Positions 10,235-20,424 of a stretch of DNA of 64,000 nucleotides are shown here, in pieces. The stretch is taken from the NCBI GenBank assembly GCA_963745035.1, contig CAVUVW010000016.1, positions 1 through 64,000 of the forward strand, in the 5' to 3' direction. The notes under the pieces are model-generated. The model saw only the letters and a list, made by a program, of their open reading frames with translations. It was not told where the DNA came from and ran no database searches. The stretch's first letter is position 1. Each line of letters opens with the position of its first letter. Source of the stretch: an uncultured delta proteobacterium. Its GTDB lineage: Bacteria; Desulfobacterota; Binatia; UBA9968. The position numbers and the translations under genes are program-made.

Positions 10235-11272
10235 ATGAGACTGCCGCATCGCGATCCGATTCAGCTTGGCCCGACGCCATACGAAGCATTTCAAGCGAGA
10301 GAAGGAATTCCTTCGGTCACCGGATTTTTCATCGAGGACTTGATGGACGTCGAAGTGAAACCTTGGGCGCGCATGGGAGTGCTCGGCTCCTATCTTAATC
10401 TTGGCCAGCAGCAGGAAACGGACGCTTATATTTGCGAGATTCCGGCCGGGAAGCAGACCGAGCCGCAGCATCATATGTTCGAGACGCTCATCTACATTCA
10501 CAAAGGGCGCGGCGCCACGACGGTTTGGTTCGAAGGTGATGCGAAACAGACTTTTGAATGGAGCGCCGGAGCCATCTTCGCCATTCCGCTCAACGTTTCC
10601 TATCAGCACTTCAATGCTTCGACTGAACCGGTGCGCTTTCTCGCCGGCACCAACGCGCCCCACGTGATCAATTTATTTCACAACGAGGATTTTATTTTCC
10701 GCAACCCCTTTCAGTTTAGGGACCGCTTTCGTCCAGACCGCGAGTTTTTCAACGAAAATAGAAAGCTCACTACTCGTTCGTGGGAGAGCAATCTGGTTCC
10801 CGACGTCAACGAGTTTCCGCTCGACGATTATCCGATGAAGGGCAAGGGCGTGAAGATCATGCGCTTCGGTCTCGCCGGTACGACTTACGGCTGCCACATT
10901 CAGGAGTTTCCCGCGGGAAGCCGCAGCTTGTTTCATCGCCACGGTCCCGGCGCTATCGTCTGCGTCACGCAAGGCGAAGGCTTCGCGATGGTCTGGCGCG
11001 AAAACGAGAAACGCACGCGCTTCGAGATCAAGCCGGGTTCAATTTATTCTCCGGGTGATCTCATGTACCACGGCCACTTCAACACCGGCCACTCAACCTT
11101 GCGCCACTTCGCCATGCGCGGGCGGAGCCCCAAGTACAGCCAGGACCGTTTTCGCACGAAGCTGCACGAGATGATTCCACTCGAGGAAGAGCCGGCGGAG
11201 ATTCATCCGATATTTTTGGAAGAGTTGAAGCGCAAAGGCGTGAAGAGCGAGATCTCGCTGGTCGAAGAATAA
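10235..11272 (+). CDS. Bicupin protein (gentisate-dioxygenase-like fold)
   Basis: QHHMFE...YQHFN and HRHGPG...YHGHFN cupin motifs; RBS AAGGAG. Confidence 0.85.
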   Translation: MRLPHRDPIQLGPTPYEAFQAREGIPSVTGFFIEDLMDVEVKPWARMGVLGSYLNLGQQQETDAYICEIPAGKQTEPQHHMFETLIYIHKGRGATTVWFEGDAKQTFEWSAGAIFAIPLNVSYQHFNASTEPVRFLAGTNAPHVINLFHNEDFIFRNPFQFRDRFRPDREFFNENRKLTTRSWESNLVPDVNEFPLDDYPMKGKGVKIMRFGLAGTTYGCHIQEFPAGSRSLFHRHGPGAIVCVTQGEGFAMVWRENEKRTRFEIKPGSIYSPGDLMYHGHFNTGHSTLRHFAMRGRSPKYSQDRFRTKLHEMIPLEEEPAEIHPIFLEELKRKGVKSEISLVEE

Positions 11273-11273
11273 A

Positions 11274-11304
11274 GTTTCTAGTTTCTGGTTTCGGATTTCT
11301 GGTT
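11274..11304. repeat. 7-nt periodic tandem repeat
   Basis: GTTTCTA GTTTCTG GTTTCGG ATTTCTG GTT directly after the stop codon. Confidence 0.7.
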
Positions 11305-11358
11305 GACTGGAATGAGCAAGGAAACCGGAGCTCGCGCATTCGCGCCGAGGACCAAGAT

Positions 11359-12546
11359 TTGACCGAAGTCCTTCGTCTGGGTATCGCCGGACTGGGCGTC
11401 GCAAGCACGCAGATCTTGCCGCCGCTGGCACAACTGCCGTTCATCAAAATCACCGCGGCGGCGGACACGCGATCGGACGCCCTGGGCAAATTTCGCCAGA
11501 CTTACGACGGCGAAGGGCATTCGACGGTCGAAGATCTATGCCGCAGCCCGAACGTCGATGCCGTCTACATTGCGACGCCCAATGCGCTTCACGCCGAACA
11601 CGCCATCACGGCGGCGCGCCACGGCAAGCACATCATCGTCGAAAAACCCATGGCGATGAACCTCGCCGAGTGCGACTCGATGAACGAAGCGGCGGAAAGG
11701 CATGGCGTTAAATTGCTCTGCGGTCACACCCACAGTTTTGATCCGCCGATTCGGTCAATCCGCGCCATCGTGGAGAGCGGCGAGCTGGGCAAGCTCCGCA
11801 TGATCAATACTTGGAACTACAACGAGTTCATGTACCGCCCGCGCATGCGCCACGAGCTGGCGATGAGCCGCGGCGTGGTGCTGAACCAGGGGCCGCATCA
11901 GGTCGATATCGTGCGCTTGATCGGCGGCGGCCTGGTCCGCAGCGTGCGCGCCATGACCGGTGTGTGGGACAAATACCGGCAGTGGGAAGGAAGTTATACT
12001 TGCTATCTCGAATTCGAAGACGGCACGCCGGCGACATTGGTTTATAGCGGCTACGGTTTTTTCGATACAGCGGAGCTATTCGAGTGGGTCGGCGAAGGCG
12101 GCCAATATCGCGATCCGAATACCAATCTCAATGTGAGAAAGCGCTTGCGCGAAGTGCGCACAGCGCAGGAAGAAGAACAACTCAAAGAAGCGATGCGCTT
12201 CGGCGGCGCGCGCGAGGGGGAGTACAGCCACGTCTGGAACGGGGAACGGAAGCAGCCGTTTTTTGGCATGACTATCGTGAGCTGTGAAAAGGGTGACATT
12301 CGCCAGACCCCCGATGGGCTTCGCATCTACGGCGCGTCAGAACAGCGCCAGATCACTTTGCCTGCCGGCAGCCGCGGACGGGAAGCCGAAGTCGAGGAAC
12401 TGTACAACGCTGTGGTGCATGATCGCCCGGTATTTCACGATGGCCACTGGGGCGCCGCGACTTTGGAAGTATGCTTGGCGATGATTGAATCCGCGGAAAA
12501 ACGCCACGAAGTGTTCTTGTCGCACCAGGTGCCGAGTCCGGAATGA
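11359..12546 (+). CDS. Gfo/Idh/MocA oxidoreductase, phthalate 4,5-cis-dihydrodiol dehydrogenase (OphB/Pht4)-like
   Basis: LGIAGLG, VEKPMA, YNEFMYRPR, HQVDIVRLIGGG, YSGYGFFD. Confidence 0.85.
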   Translation: MTEVLRLGIAGLGVASTQILPPLAQLPFIKITAAADTRSDALGKFRQTYDGEGHSTVEDLCRSPNVDAVYIATPNALHAEHAITAARHGKHIIVEKPMAMNLAECDSMNEAAERHGVKLLCGHTHSFDPPIRSIRAIVESGELGKLRMINTWNYNEFMYRPRMRHELAMSRGVVLNQGPHQVDIVRLIGGGLVRSVRAMTGVWDKYRQWEGSYTCYLEFEDGTPATLVYSGYGFFDTAELFEWVGEGGQYRDPNTNLNVRKRLREVRTAQEEEQLKEAMRFGGAREGEYSHVWNGERKQPFFGMTIVSCEKGDIRQTPDGLRIYGASEQRQITLPAGSRGREAEVEELYNAVVHDRPVFHDGHWGAATLEVCLAMIESAEKRHEVFLSHQVPSPE

Positions 12547-13733
12547 AGAGGGTCCAGCGTCTTTTGTCTAGAGTTCCAAAATTCGATCCGAAGTCCGCTG
12601 CGGTGAACCTGCTCGGCAGGCGCCTGCTCGCCGCTTTCGCGATGTGTTTGGCCATTGCCGCTGCGGTATATGGCGCCGAGTCGCGGCCGGCGTGGCAAGC
12701 CAACTGGGAGCGGACGGTCAAAGCGGCGGAGGCGGAAGGCCAGCTGACCGTCTATATCTCCGGCTATAGCGCGGTCATCGAAGCAGGCGTGTTTCAGAAA
12801 GCCTTTCCGAAGATCAAAGTCACCATCGTTCCGGGAACCGGCACGCAGCTGGCGCCACGGATCGTCGCCGAGCGTCGCGCTGAAAAATTTCTCGCCGATG
12901 TTTACAACGGCGGCGGGACTTCGCTGTATCAGGTGCTTTACTTGGGGAAGATGCTCGAACCGATTCGGCCGGCGCTCATGCTTCCCGAGGTCACGGATAC
13001 ATCGAAGTGGTGGGAAGGCAAGCACAAATACGTCGATCGTGAAGCAAACTACATCTTTGTCTACGAAGGCAATGTGTCTTCGGGCGGCTCGCCGGCTTAC
13101 AATACCCAGCTGATCAATCCGAAAGATTATCGATCCTATTGGGATTTTCTTAATCCAAAACTCAAAGGCAAGGTCGGCTCAGTCGACATTCGCAAACTCC
13201 GGGGGGTCGGACCCTCGGTGCAATATCTGTACTATCACCCTGAAATTGGCGTAGAATTTCTCCGCCGGTTCTATCAGGAGATGGACGTCCACATGAGCGG
13301 CGACTTTCGACAGGCAATGGACTGGCTGGGGACCGGTAAGGTTGCACTACTGTTACCCATGCAGAGCTCCGGAACGGCCAAGGCGAAAGCCCAGGGATTG
13401 CCGGTGGACGAATTCGACACCAATCAGTTCAAAGAAGGCGTGAACATTTCGTCCGCCTTCGGCCAAGTGGCGCTGGTGAACCGAGCGCCGCATCCCAACG
13501 CCGCCAAAGTCTTCGTCAATTGGCTGCTATCGCGCGAGGGTCAGACAACGTTGCAAAAAATCATGAGCACACCCGGCGACCCCAAGAACTCGCGCCGCAT
13601 AGACGTTCCGAAGGAACATATTCCCACCGCGGAAGGGCGCCGCGATGGCATGAAGTATTTCGACATCGACGACCCTGAAACCAAGGATATCAATCCGGCA
13701 ATCAAGCTAATCGATGACATTTTTGGAAAATAG
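12543..13733 (+). CDS. Extracellular solute-binding protein (FbpA/PotD-like), array copy 1
   Basis: WERTVKAAEAEGQLTVY...AERRA...APHPNAAKVFVNWLLSREGQ. Confidence 0.9.
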   Translation: MKRVQRLLSRVPKFDPKSAAVNLLGRRLLAAFAMCLAIAAAVYGAESRPAWQANWERTVKAAEAEGQLTVYISGYSAVIEAGVFQKAFPKIKVTIVPGTGTQLAPRIVAERRAEKFLADVYNGGGTSLYQVLYLGKMLEPIRPALMLPEVTDTSKWWEGKHKYVDREANYIFVYEGNVSSGGSPAYNTQLINPKDYRSYWDFLNPKLKGKVGSVDIRKLRGVGPSVQYLYYHPEIGVEFLRRFYQEMDVHMSGDFRQAMDWLGTGKVALLLPMQSSGTAKAKAQGLPVDEFDTNQFKEGVNISSAFGQVALVNRAPHPNAAKVFVNWLLSREGQTTLQKIMSTPGDPKNSRRIDVPKEHIPTAEGRRDGMKYFDIDDPETKDINPAIKLIDDIFGK

Positions 13734-13803
13734 CGGGGGATGGAAGAGTGAGAATTGAGGATGGCACGAATGCCAAGGAATCACAGTTGAAGAGGAGCGT
13801 AAA

Positions 13804-14139
13804 ATGCTGACCGCCGAACAAAATGAGTTGCTCACCCGCGTCGGTCCCGGGACGCCGGCCGGCGAACTGTTACGCCGCTATTGGCATCCGGTCGCGATCG
13901 CGTCGGATCTTTCCGCCGAGAATCCGACAAAGTTTGTACGAATTCTCGGTGAAGACCTCGTGCTGTTCAGAACTCCTAAGGGAGAAGCGGGGCTATTAGA
14001 GGATCGCTGCTCGCATCGCGGCGCTTCGCTTTGCTACGGCAGAGTGGAGGACCGCGGCATTGCCTGTGCCTATCATGGCTGGCTCTACGATATTCGGGGC
14101 AATTGTCTTGAAACACCGGCCGAGCCGCCGGGAACCTAA
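13804..14139 (+). pseudogene. Truncated Rieske oxygenase alpha subunit (Rieske domain only)
   Basis: RBS GAGGAG; CSHRG...CAYHGW intact; ends at TPAEPPGT*. I found no catalytic domain in other frames. Paralog of 22808..23974. Confidence 0.75.
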
Positions 14140-14194
14140 GATGAGAGTAGCTGCAGAGAACCTAGCGCCACGGAGCCGCAACCCAATCTCGGAA

Positions 14195-14325
14195 TCCCGC
14201 AAAGCATGCCCTGAGCGCTGTCGAAGGGACGCGAAGGCGCAAAGTTCGGAGTTTAAAAATGAAGTCATATAAAAAGTTGCCATCTTTCTTCTCGAAAACT
14301 TGGCGCCTTTGCGCCTTGGCGGGAG
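14195..14325. repeat. Nested REP/MITE-like inverted-repeat element
   Basis: Left arm TCCCGCAAAG..ACGCGAAGGCGCAAAGTT pairs with right arm AACTTGGCGCCTTTGCGCCTTGGCGGGA. CATGCCCTGAGCGCTGTCGAAGGG interrupts the left arm. Confidence 0.7.
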
Positions 14326-15417
14326 TCTCGATCTGGTTGTTCCTAAACGGTGCGGTGTTTGCCGCCGAGTCGAAGCCGGCTTGGCAAGCTGAATGGGAGA
14401 AAGTTTTGGCAGCCGCGAAGAAAGAAGGCCAAGTCACGGTCTACATCAGCGGCTATGAGGAGGTCTTGCCGGAATTCGAGAAAGAATATCCCGATATCAA
14501 ACTGGTGTCGGTCACCGGACGCGGCTCGCAGTTGGCCCAGCGCCTGGTCACGGAGCGCCGCGGCGATAGATACCTGGCCGATGTCTTCAATTCCGGCGGC
14601 GTGACCACCCACGGGCAGCTCCATGCGGCCAAGGTGCTGGACCCGATCAAGCCCGCTTTGATTCTGCCGGAGGTGACCGACACCTCGAAGTGGTATCAAA
14701 AACAACATCATTACACGGATCCTGAAGGGCAATACGTATTTAGCTACGTCGGCTCGGCCACCTACGGCTCGATCCATTACAACACCAAGCTTGTCGACGC
14801 GAGGGATTTCAAATCGTATTGGGATTTACTGAACCCGAAATGGAAAGGGAAAGTTGTCGCGCGCGACGTTCGCGTTCCCGGGCCGGGATCGGGCAACGCG
14901 CGATTGTTCTACCATCACCCGGACCTCGGTCCATCGTTTGTTCGCAAACTCTTCGGCGAGATGGATATCCAGTTGTTTCGCGATTACCGGCAGGGTCCCG
15001 ATTGGCTCGCGGTGGGAAAATATTCCATCTGCTTTTTCTGCGACGTGGATGTTTTAAAGCAGCAGGGGTTGCCGGTGGAAACCTTCGGGCCAAAGGCCTT
15101 CAAAGAAGGCGGCGGGCTTGGTGCAGCAGTTCGGCACGATCACCCTGGTCAACAAGGCGCCGCATCCGAACGCCGCGCGCGTCTTCATCAATTGGCTGCT
15201 GTCGCGCAGAGGACAGATCGCCTTACAGAAGACGCTGGTCAATAGCGAAAGCCCGCCGGACTCGCTGCGCATCGATATTCCCAAAGACGATGTGCCGCCC
15301 CTCAGCAGGCGCGTCGACGGCGTCGCCTATATCGACACGAGCAAACCGGGGTGGCAGGACATGAAACCGGTTCTGCAGATCATGAACGAAGCGCTGAAAG
15401 CGGCGGGGAAGAATTGA
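14259..15417 (+). CDS. Extracellular solute-binding protein, array copy 2 (frameshift near 15118)
   Basis: ORFs 14259..15245 and 15118..15417 join as KEGGGL|VQQFGTITLVNKAPHPNAA. Confidence 0.85.
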
Positions 15418-15587
15418 GGATGGAGAATTGAGAGAGGCGATCCGTAGTTTTGCCTGAGCCCGCGTCGAGTGTGTTCCTTCCACTTCGGGTGCTGCGCCCG
15501 GCATTGAATGATGGGCATGCTAACCTTTATCCTCCCGGTCTGGGAACGAGCCTCAAAAATGGCCGACGCTATGCGCGCGGAGTTTTT

Positions 15588-16721
15588 ATGAAACTTCGGA
15601 ATGTGGCATTGATCGGTTTCGTCATCATCCTTTGGCGATTACCGTGTCAGGCGGCCGAATCCAAGACAAGCTGGCAAGCCGAATGGGAGCGGACCGTTCA
15701 GGCCGCGAAGAAAGAAGGCGCGCTGTCGCTTTATCTTCTTGAAGGGGACGGCGAGCTTGGCGCGGTAGCACAAACTTTTCAAAAAAAATTTCCTGAGATC
15801 AAATTGGTGACGACCCCCGGGCGGGGCAATACACTGGCGCCGCGCGTCATGGCGGAACGGCGCGCGGAGAAATATCTCGTCGATGTTTATATTGCCGGCG
15901 CGACAACAGCCTATGAAGTTTTTTACCGCGCGAAAATTTTGAACAGCGTGCGCGCGGCGCTGATTCTTCCCGAAGTGATCGATGAGTCCAAGTGGTGGCT
16001 CGGCCAGCATCACTATATCGACCCCGAGGGTCAATATATCTTTGTCTATGTGGGCAACGTCGGCCAGTATGTCTCGTATCATACCAAGTCCGTGGAGCTG
16101 GGCGAGATTCGCTCCCACTGGGATTTCCTGCGACCGAAGTGGAGAGGCAAAATTCTCTCGCGCGATCCGAAAATTTCCGGCAGCCAGCGCATCGGGCTCA
16201 GAATGTTTTATCACACGCCGGAGCTGGGCGCCGACTTTATCCGGCGACTCTATGGAGACATGGACGTAACGCTCACTCAGGAAATCCGTCAAGCGACGGA
16301 TTGGCTGGCGCATGGGAAATTCGCCATCTGCTTTTTTTGCTCTGAAATTTTGAAAGTCAAAGCTCAAGGCCTGCCGGTGGACGAGTTTCAAACGGCGCAG
16401 TGGAAGGAAAGCCGGACGATTTCCGCCGGCAACATGGGCTCGATCGTGTTGCCAAGCCAGCCGCCACACCCGAACGCGGCGCGGCTGTTCGTCAATTGGC
16501 TGCTGTCCCGCGAAGGACAGACGGTATTTCAGCGCGCCGCCAATACGCCGAACAATTCCGAAGAGTCGCTGCGCACCGATGTGCCCAAAGACATGGTGCG
16601 CGGCGAAGTGCGGCGCGTCGACGGAGTTAAGTATTTGCTGGTGGATAAACCGGAATACATCGACATGGCGCCGATCTATGACATCGTCGAAAAGGCGTTG
16701 GTGCAGGCGAAGAAGAGGTAA
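15588..16721 (+). CDS. Extracellular solute-binding protein, array copy 3
   Basis: GGAG then ATG 15588 (MKLRNVAL), signal peptide, family motifs. Confidence 0.9.
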   Translation: MKLRNVALIGFVIILWRLPCQAAESKTSWQAEWERTVQAAKKEGALSLYLLEGDGELGAVAQTFQKKFPEIKLVTTPGRGNTLAPRVMAERRAEKYLVDVYIAGATTAYEVFYRAKILNSVRAALILPEVIDESKWWLGQHHYIDPEGQYIFVYVGNVGQYVSYHTKSVELGEIRSHWDFLRPKWRGKILSRDPKISGSQRIGLRMFYHTPELGADFIRRLYGDMDVTLTQEIRQATDWLAHGKFAICFFCSEILKVKAQGLPVDEFQTAQWKESRTISAGNMGSIVLPSQPPHPNAARLFVNWLLSREGQTVFQRAANTPNNSEESLRTDVPKDMVRGEVRRVDGVKYLLVDKPEYIDMAPIYDIVEKALVQAKKR

Positions 16722-16741
16722 AATGGGAGAGGAGAAGCTCG

Positions 16742-17902
16742 ATGCGCGGCGGGTTTAAAATCTTTGACGCAGACACGCACCTCAATCCCATGGCCGAAAC
16801 TCTGGAGCCCTACTTCGATCCGGCTATCCGAAAGCGGCTCTCCGAGTGGGAGAGTTTCAAGGTTCCCTTTCAGATCGGCTGGGCCGGCGAAATCCTTGAG
16901 CCGCCATATCGCCATCGATACGTGTTCAAGAAAAGATCGGGATGGCGCGAGAAGCTGCGGATTCTGGGCGAAGCAGAGCCGAGAGAGCAGAAAGAGCGCC
17001 ATTTCCCGAAATTCATGGGGGAGCGCTTTCCGAGCCCCGGCGGATCCGATCACGATGTCGAAGCGCGCATCCGGGACATGAATGAAGAAGGGGTGGATGT
17101 CCAACTGATGCTTCCCGGGCTTCCTCCGGAAACCGACGAATTGGAAATCGAGGTCGGTTTTATTCGAGCCAACCACCGTTTCACCGACGAATTCTGCGGC
17201 AAGTATCCGCATCGTCTAAAATCTCTCATCGTGGTGAGCAGCCGAGCGATCGAAGCATCGGTCGAGGAAATCAGAAGATGGGCGCGCGCGCCCTGGGCCG
17301 TCGGCATTCATCCTAATCTTGCTGAAGGCGTTCCCATTGACCATCCAGACCTGGAGCCAATCTGGGCCGCGGCCAATGAGGCTGGGCTTTGCGTCGCGCA
17401 TCACAGCTTCACCGCCGGCTACCCCGGATACCGTGATCTCTGGGATAATCCGTTTATCGGCCGGACGGCCTCGCACCCGTGGGGCGCGATGAGAGCGGTA
17501 AGCGCGTTTTTATGCTCCGGTATCATGGACCGCTACTCGAGCATTCGCTACTGCATCCTCGAGTCGGGCTTCGGCTGGCTGCCGTTTTGGGGCGCGCGCA
17601 TGGATGATCAGAGCGTCTATATGTCCTACGCCTTGCCGAAAACCTTGGCCCACAAGCCCAGCGAATACATGACCAGCGGACGATTCTTCGCCAGCGTCGT
17701 GATCCATGAAGGTGAGAAGATGGCGGGCATGGTTACCGACTTTCTCGGCGACGGCGTATTGATGTATTCGTCCGATTATCCGCACGCCGAATGCCGATTT
17801 CCTGAGTCCACAAATCAGGTGCTCGCATGGAAGGCGCCGGGAAACGAGGCTATGCGGAAGATGTTATGGGAGAATGCGACGCGCTGTTTTGGCGAGCCTT
17901 AG
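16742..17902 (+). CDS. Amidohydrolase_2-family protein (decarboxylase/hydratase-like)
   Basis: DADTH, LESGFGWLPFW, YSSDYPH. Confidence 0.9.
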   Translation: MRGGFKIFDADTHLNPMAETLEPYFDPAIRKRLSEWESFKVPFQIGWAGEILEPPYRHRYVFKKRSGWREKLRILGEAEPREQKERHFPKFMGERFPSPGGSDHDVEARIRDMNEEGVDVQLMLPGLPPETDELEIEVGFIRANHRFTDEFCGKYPHRLKSLIVVSSRAIEASVEEIRRWARAPWAVGIHPNLAEGVPIDHPDLEPIWAAANEAGLCVAHHSFTAGYPGYRDLWDNPFIGRTASHPWGAMRAVSAFLCSGIMDRYSSIRYCILESGFGWLPFWGARMDDQSVYMSYALPKTLAHKPSEYMTSGRFFASVVIHEGEKMAGMVTDFLGDGVLMYSSDYPHAECRFPESTNQVLAWKAPGNEAMRKMLWENATRCFGEP

Positions 17903-17956
17903 ATCGCCGGTGTGCGAAGCGGAGAGGTGCGAGCTGATCAGAAGCGGGGAGGACCG

Positions 17957-19093
17957 ATGATTCGTCGATCGAGCAAATTCGTTGGCGGCACGTTCGTGCT
18001 GCTGCTGTGTGCGTCCGCCGCGTTCGGCGCGCAGGCCGATGCGTGGAAGGCGGATTGGGAGAAAACTCTGCAGGCTGCGAAGAAAGAAGGGCAGCTGGTG
18101 CTCTACGGCAGCCCGGATTTTGAATCTCTCTTCGCCGAATTTCAGAAGAAGTACCCTGAGATAAAAGTCACAGGGGTATTCAATCGCGGCGCGGACGTAG
18201 CAAAGCGCCTTATGGCCGAGCGCCGCGCAGACAAGTACCTTGGTGACCTCTACGTCAACGGCATGACCACGGGCTATAACGTATTCTACAAAGCGAAAGC
18301 GCTGGATCCGATTCCGCCCGTGCTGGTCCTGCCCGAAGTTACCGACGCATCGAAGTGGTGGCAGGGCAAGCATCATTACGTCGATCCCGAGGCGCAGTTT
18401 TTGTTCAACATCAACGGCGAGTCGCGCATTGTGCTCGCTTACAACACGAAATTGGTCAATCCGAACGAGATCAAGTCTTACTGGGACGTGCTCAATCCGA
18501 AGTGGAAGGGCAAAATCGTGGCGTACGATCCCACTCTTGGCGGCTCCGGTGATGCCATGCGGTTTTTCTATCACCACAAGGGATTGGGACCCGATCTGAT
18601 CAAACGGATTCTCACGGAGACCGACCTGGTGATCAGCACCGATACGCGCCAGATGGGTGATTGGCTGGCGGGCGGCAGATACGCCATGACGATTTTCGCG
18701 CCGATCTCACGAATGGACCTCGACCTGATGCAGATGCAAGGATTGCCGGTCGCTTGGTTCGACCCGGAGCATCTCAAGGAAGGAGCTTATGTCACCGCGG
18801 GTTCCGGCGGCGTGGCGCTGATCAACAAGGCGCCGCACCCGAACGCATCCAAAGTCGCGCTCAACTGGCTGCTCTCGCGCGAGGGGCAGATCGCTTACCA
18901 AAGGCTTTTCACCCAGGGCAACGACGGCCCGGACTCGATGCGCATCGATATTCCCAAAGACAAAGTTCCGGCTGGAAACCGCCGCCCGCAGGGCGACCCG
19001 AATCGCTATCTCTTCGTCGACCGGGCCGAATGGATGGACCAGGAGCCGATCCGAAAGTTTGTCAAAGAAGCCTTGGCGCAACGGAGGAAATAG
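17957..19093 (+). CDS. Extracellular solute-binding protein, array copy 4
   Basis: GGAGG then ATG 17957; signal peptide; family motifs. Confidence 0.9.
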   Translation: MIRRSSKFVGGTFVLLLCASAAFGAQADAWKADWEKTLQAAKKEGQLVLYGSPDFESLFAEFQKKYPEIKVTGVFNRGADVAKRLMAERRADKYLGDLYVNGMTTGYNVFYKAKALDPIPPVLVLPEVTDASKWWQGKHHYVDPEAQFLFNINGESRIVLAYNTKLVNPNEIKSYWDVLNPKWKGKIVAYDPTLGGSGDAMRFFYHHKGLGPDLIKRILTETDLVISTDTRQMGDWLAGGRYAMTIFAPISRMDLDLMQMQGLPVAWFDPEHLKEGAYVTAGSGGVALINKAPHPNASKVALNWLLSREGQIAYQRLFTQGNDGPDSMRIDIPKDKVPAGNRRPQGDPNRYLFVDRAEWMDQEPIRKFVKEALAQRRK

Positions 19094-19140
19094 GGGCGAG
19101 CGTTTCGGTCACAAATATCGGGTAACGCCTCAGACAAGTG

Positions 19141-19175
19141 ATGTCATGCTGAACGAATGTGAAGCATCTGCTTTT
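19141..19175. repeat. Left arm of GTCATGCTGA-type REP/MITE-like element
   Basis: ATGTCATGCTGAACGAATGTGAAGCATCTGCTTTT closely matches 40963..40997. Confidence 0.7.
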
Positions 19176-19248
19176 AACGAGATGCGATTTTTCACCACTG
19201 CGTTTCTTAAGCAGAGAGAACGCGAAATCTCGCGCATGAGCGGCAATT

Positions 19249-19275
19249 GTAGGGCGGGTTTCAAACCCGCCCTAC
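19249..19275. repeat. GTAG-type REP-like palindrome
   Basis: GTAGGGCGGGTTTCAAACCCGCCCTAC, a perfect hairpin. Confidence 0.75.
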
Positions 19276-19289
19276 GTAATAACGGCCTC

Positions 19290-20420
19290 ATGATCATGGT
19301 TAGATTTACAATCTTCCTTGTTGCGAGTGTGCTTGCGGTTGCGAGCGCGGCGATTGCCGCACAAACCGATTGGAAAAAGGATTGGGAAGAGACTCTCGCG
19401 GCCGCCAAAAAGGAAGGGCGGCTGGTTCTTTATGGCAGCGCCGACTATGAGCAGCTCTTCGGCGAGTTTCAAAAGAGATATCCAGAGATCAAGGTCACGG
19501 GAGTTTTTGGCCGTGGCGCCGACGTCGCCAAGCGGATCCTGGCGGAAAGGCGCGCAGAGAAGTTTCTCGCCGACGTTTACGTGAACGGCCAAGGCACCGG
19601 CTATAACGTTCTCTACAAGGGTAAGACTGTAGATCCGCTGGCGCCGGTGTTAATGCTCCCTGAGGTCACGGATACGTCGAAGTGGTGGCAGGGCAAGCAT
19701 CATTACGCCGATCCGGAGAACCGGTACCTGATCATGTTTAACGGCGCCGCCCGCGTGGTCGTCGGCTACAACACCAAGCTGGTCAACCCGACCCAGATCC
19801 GCTCCTACTGGGACCTGCTCGAACCCAAGTGGCGCGGCAAAATCGTCGCGCTCGACCCTAACAGCGGTGGCGCCGGGGATGCCCTACGATTTTTCTATTA
19901 TCATGGTAGCCTTGGCCGCGAATACATCCGCCGCGTCTTGATCGACTCCGATCCGACGATCAGCGCGGACACGCGCCAGATGGGAGACTGGTTGGCGGCG
20001 GGCAGGTTCGCGTTCAGCATCTTCAGTCCCATTTCGCGTATGGATTTGGACAAGATGCAAACCCAAGGGCTGCCCGTGGACTGGTTCGATCCCGATCATC
20101 TTAAAGAAGGCGCGTACATCGCCGCGGGTTCCGGCGGCGCGGCGCTGATGAACCGCGCGCCGAATCCCAACGCCGCCAAGGTGGCGCTCAACTGGTTGCT
20201 GTCGCGGGAAGGACAGATCGCTTACCAGAGAATCTTCACGTTGGGCGATGAAGGACCCGACTCCCTGCGCATCGATATCCCGAAAGACAAAATCCCAAGG
20301 GGTAATCGCCGTCCGGAAGGGAATGAAAGCAAATATCCCGTGGTCGATCGTGCTGAATGGATGGATATGAGCTCGATTCGCGCTTTCACCAAAGAAGTTT
20401 TGGAACAGCGAAAAAGGTAA
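19290..20420 (+). CDS. Extracellular solute-binding protein, array copy 5 (close paralog of copy 4)
   Basis: ATG 19290/19296 with signal peptide; shares PISRMDLD.MQ.QGLPV.WFDP.HLKEGAY with copy 4. Confidence 0.9.
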   Translation: MIMVRFTIFLVASVLAVASAAIAAQTDWKKDWEETLAAAKKEGRLVLYGSADYEQLFGEFQKRYPEIKVTGVFGRGADVAKRILAERRAEKFLADVYVNGQGTGYNVLYKGKTVDPLAPVLMLPEVTDTSKWWQGKHHYADPENRYLIMFNGAARVVVGYNTKLVNPTQIRSYWDLLEPKWRGKIVALDPNSGGAGDALRFFYYHGSLGREYIRRVLIDSDPTISADTRQMGDWLAAGRFAFSIFSPISRMDLDKMQTQGLPVDWFDPDHLKEGAYIAAGSGGAALMNRAPNPNAAKVALNWLLSREGQIAYQRIFTLGDEGPDSLRIDIPKDKIPRGNRRPEGNESKYPVVDRAEWMDMSSIRAFTKEVLEQRKR

Positions 20421-20424
20421 CTGT

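Noticed and set aside
19059-19289. Long N-terminal extension of SBP copy 5 through two repeats
   Set aside because: A normal signal peptide begins at 19290/19296; the open frame through the repeats is probably incidental.
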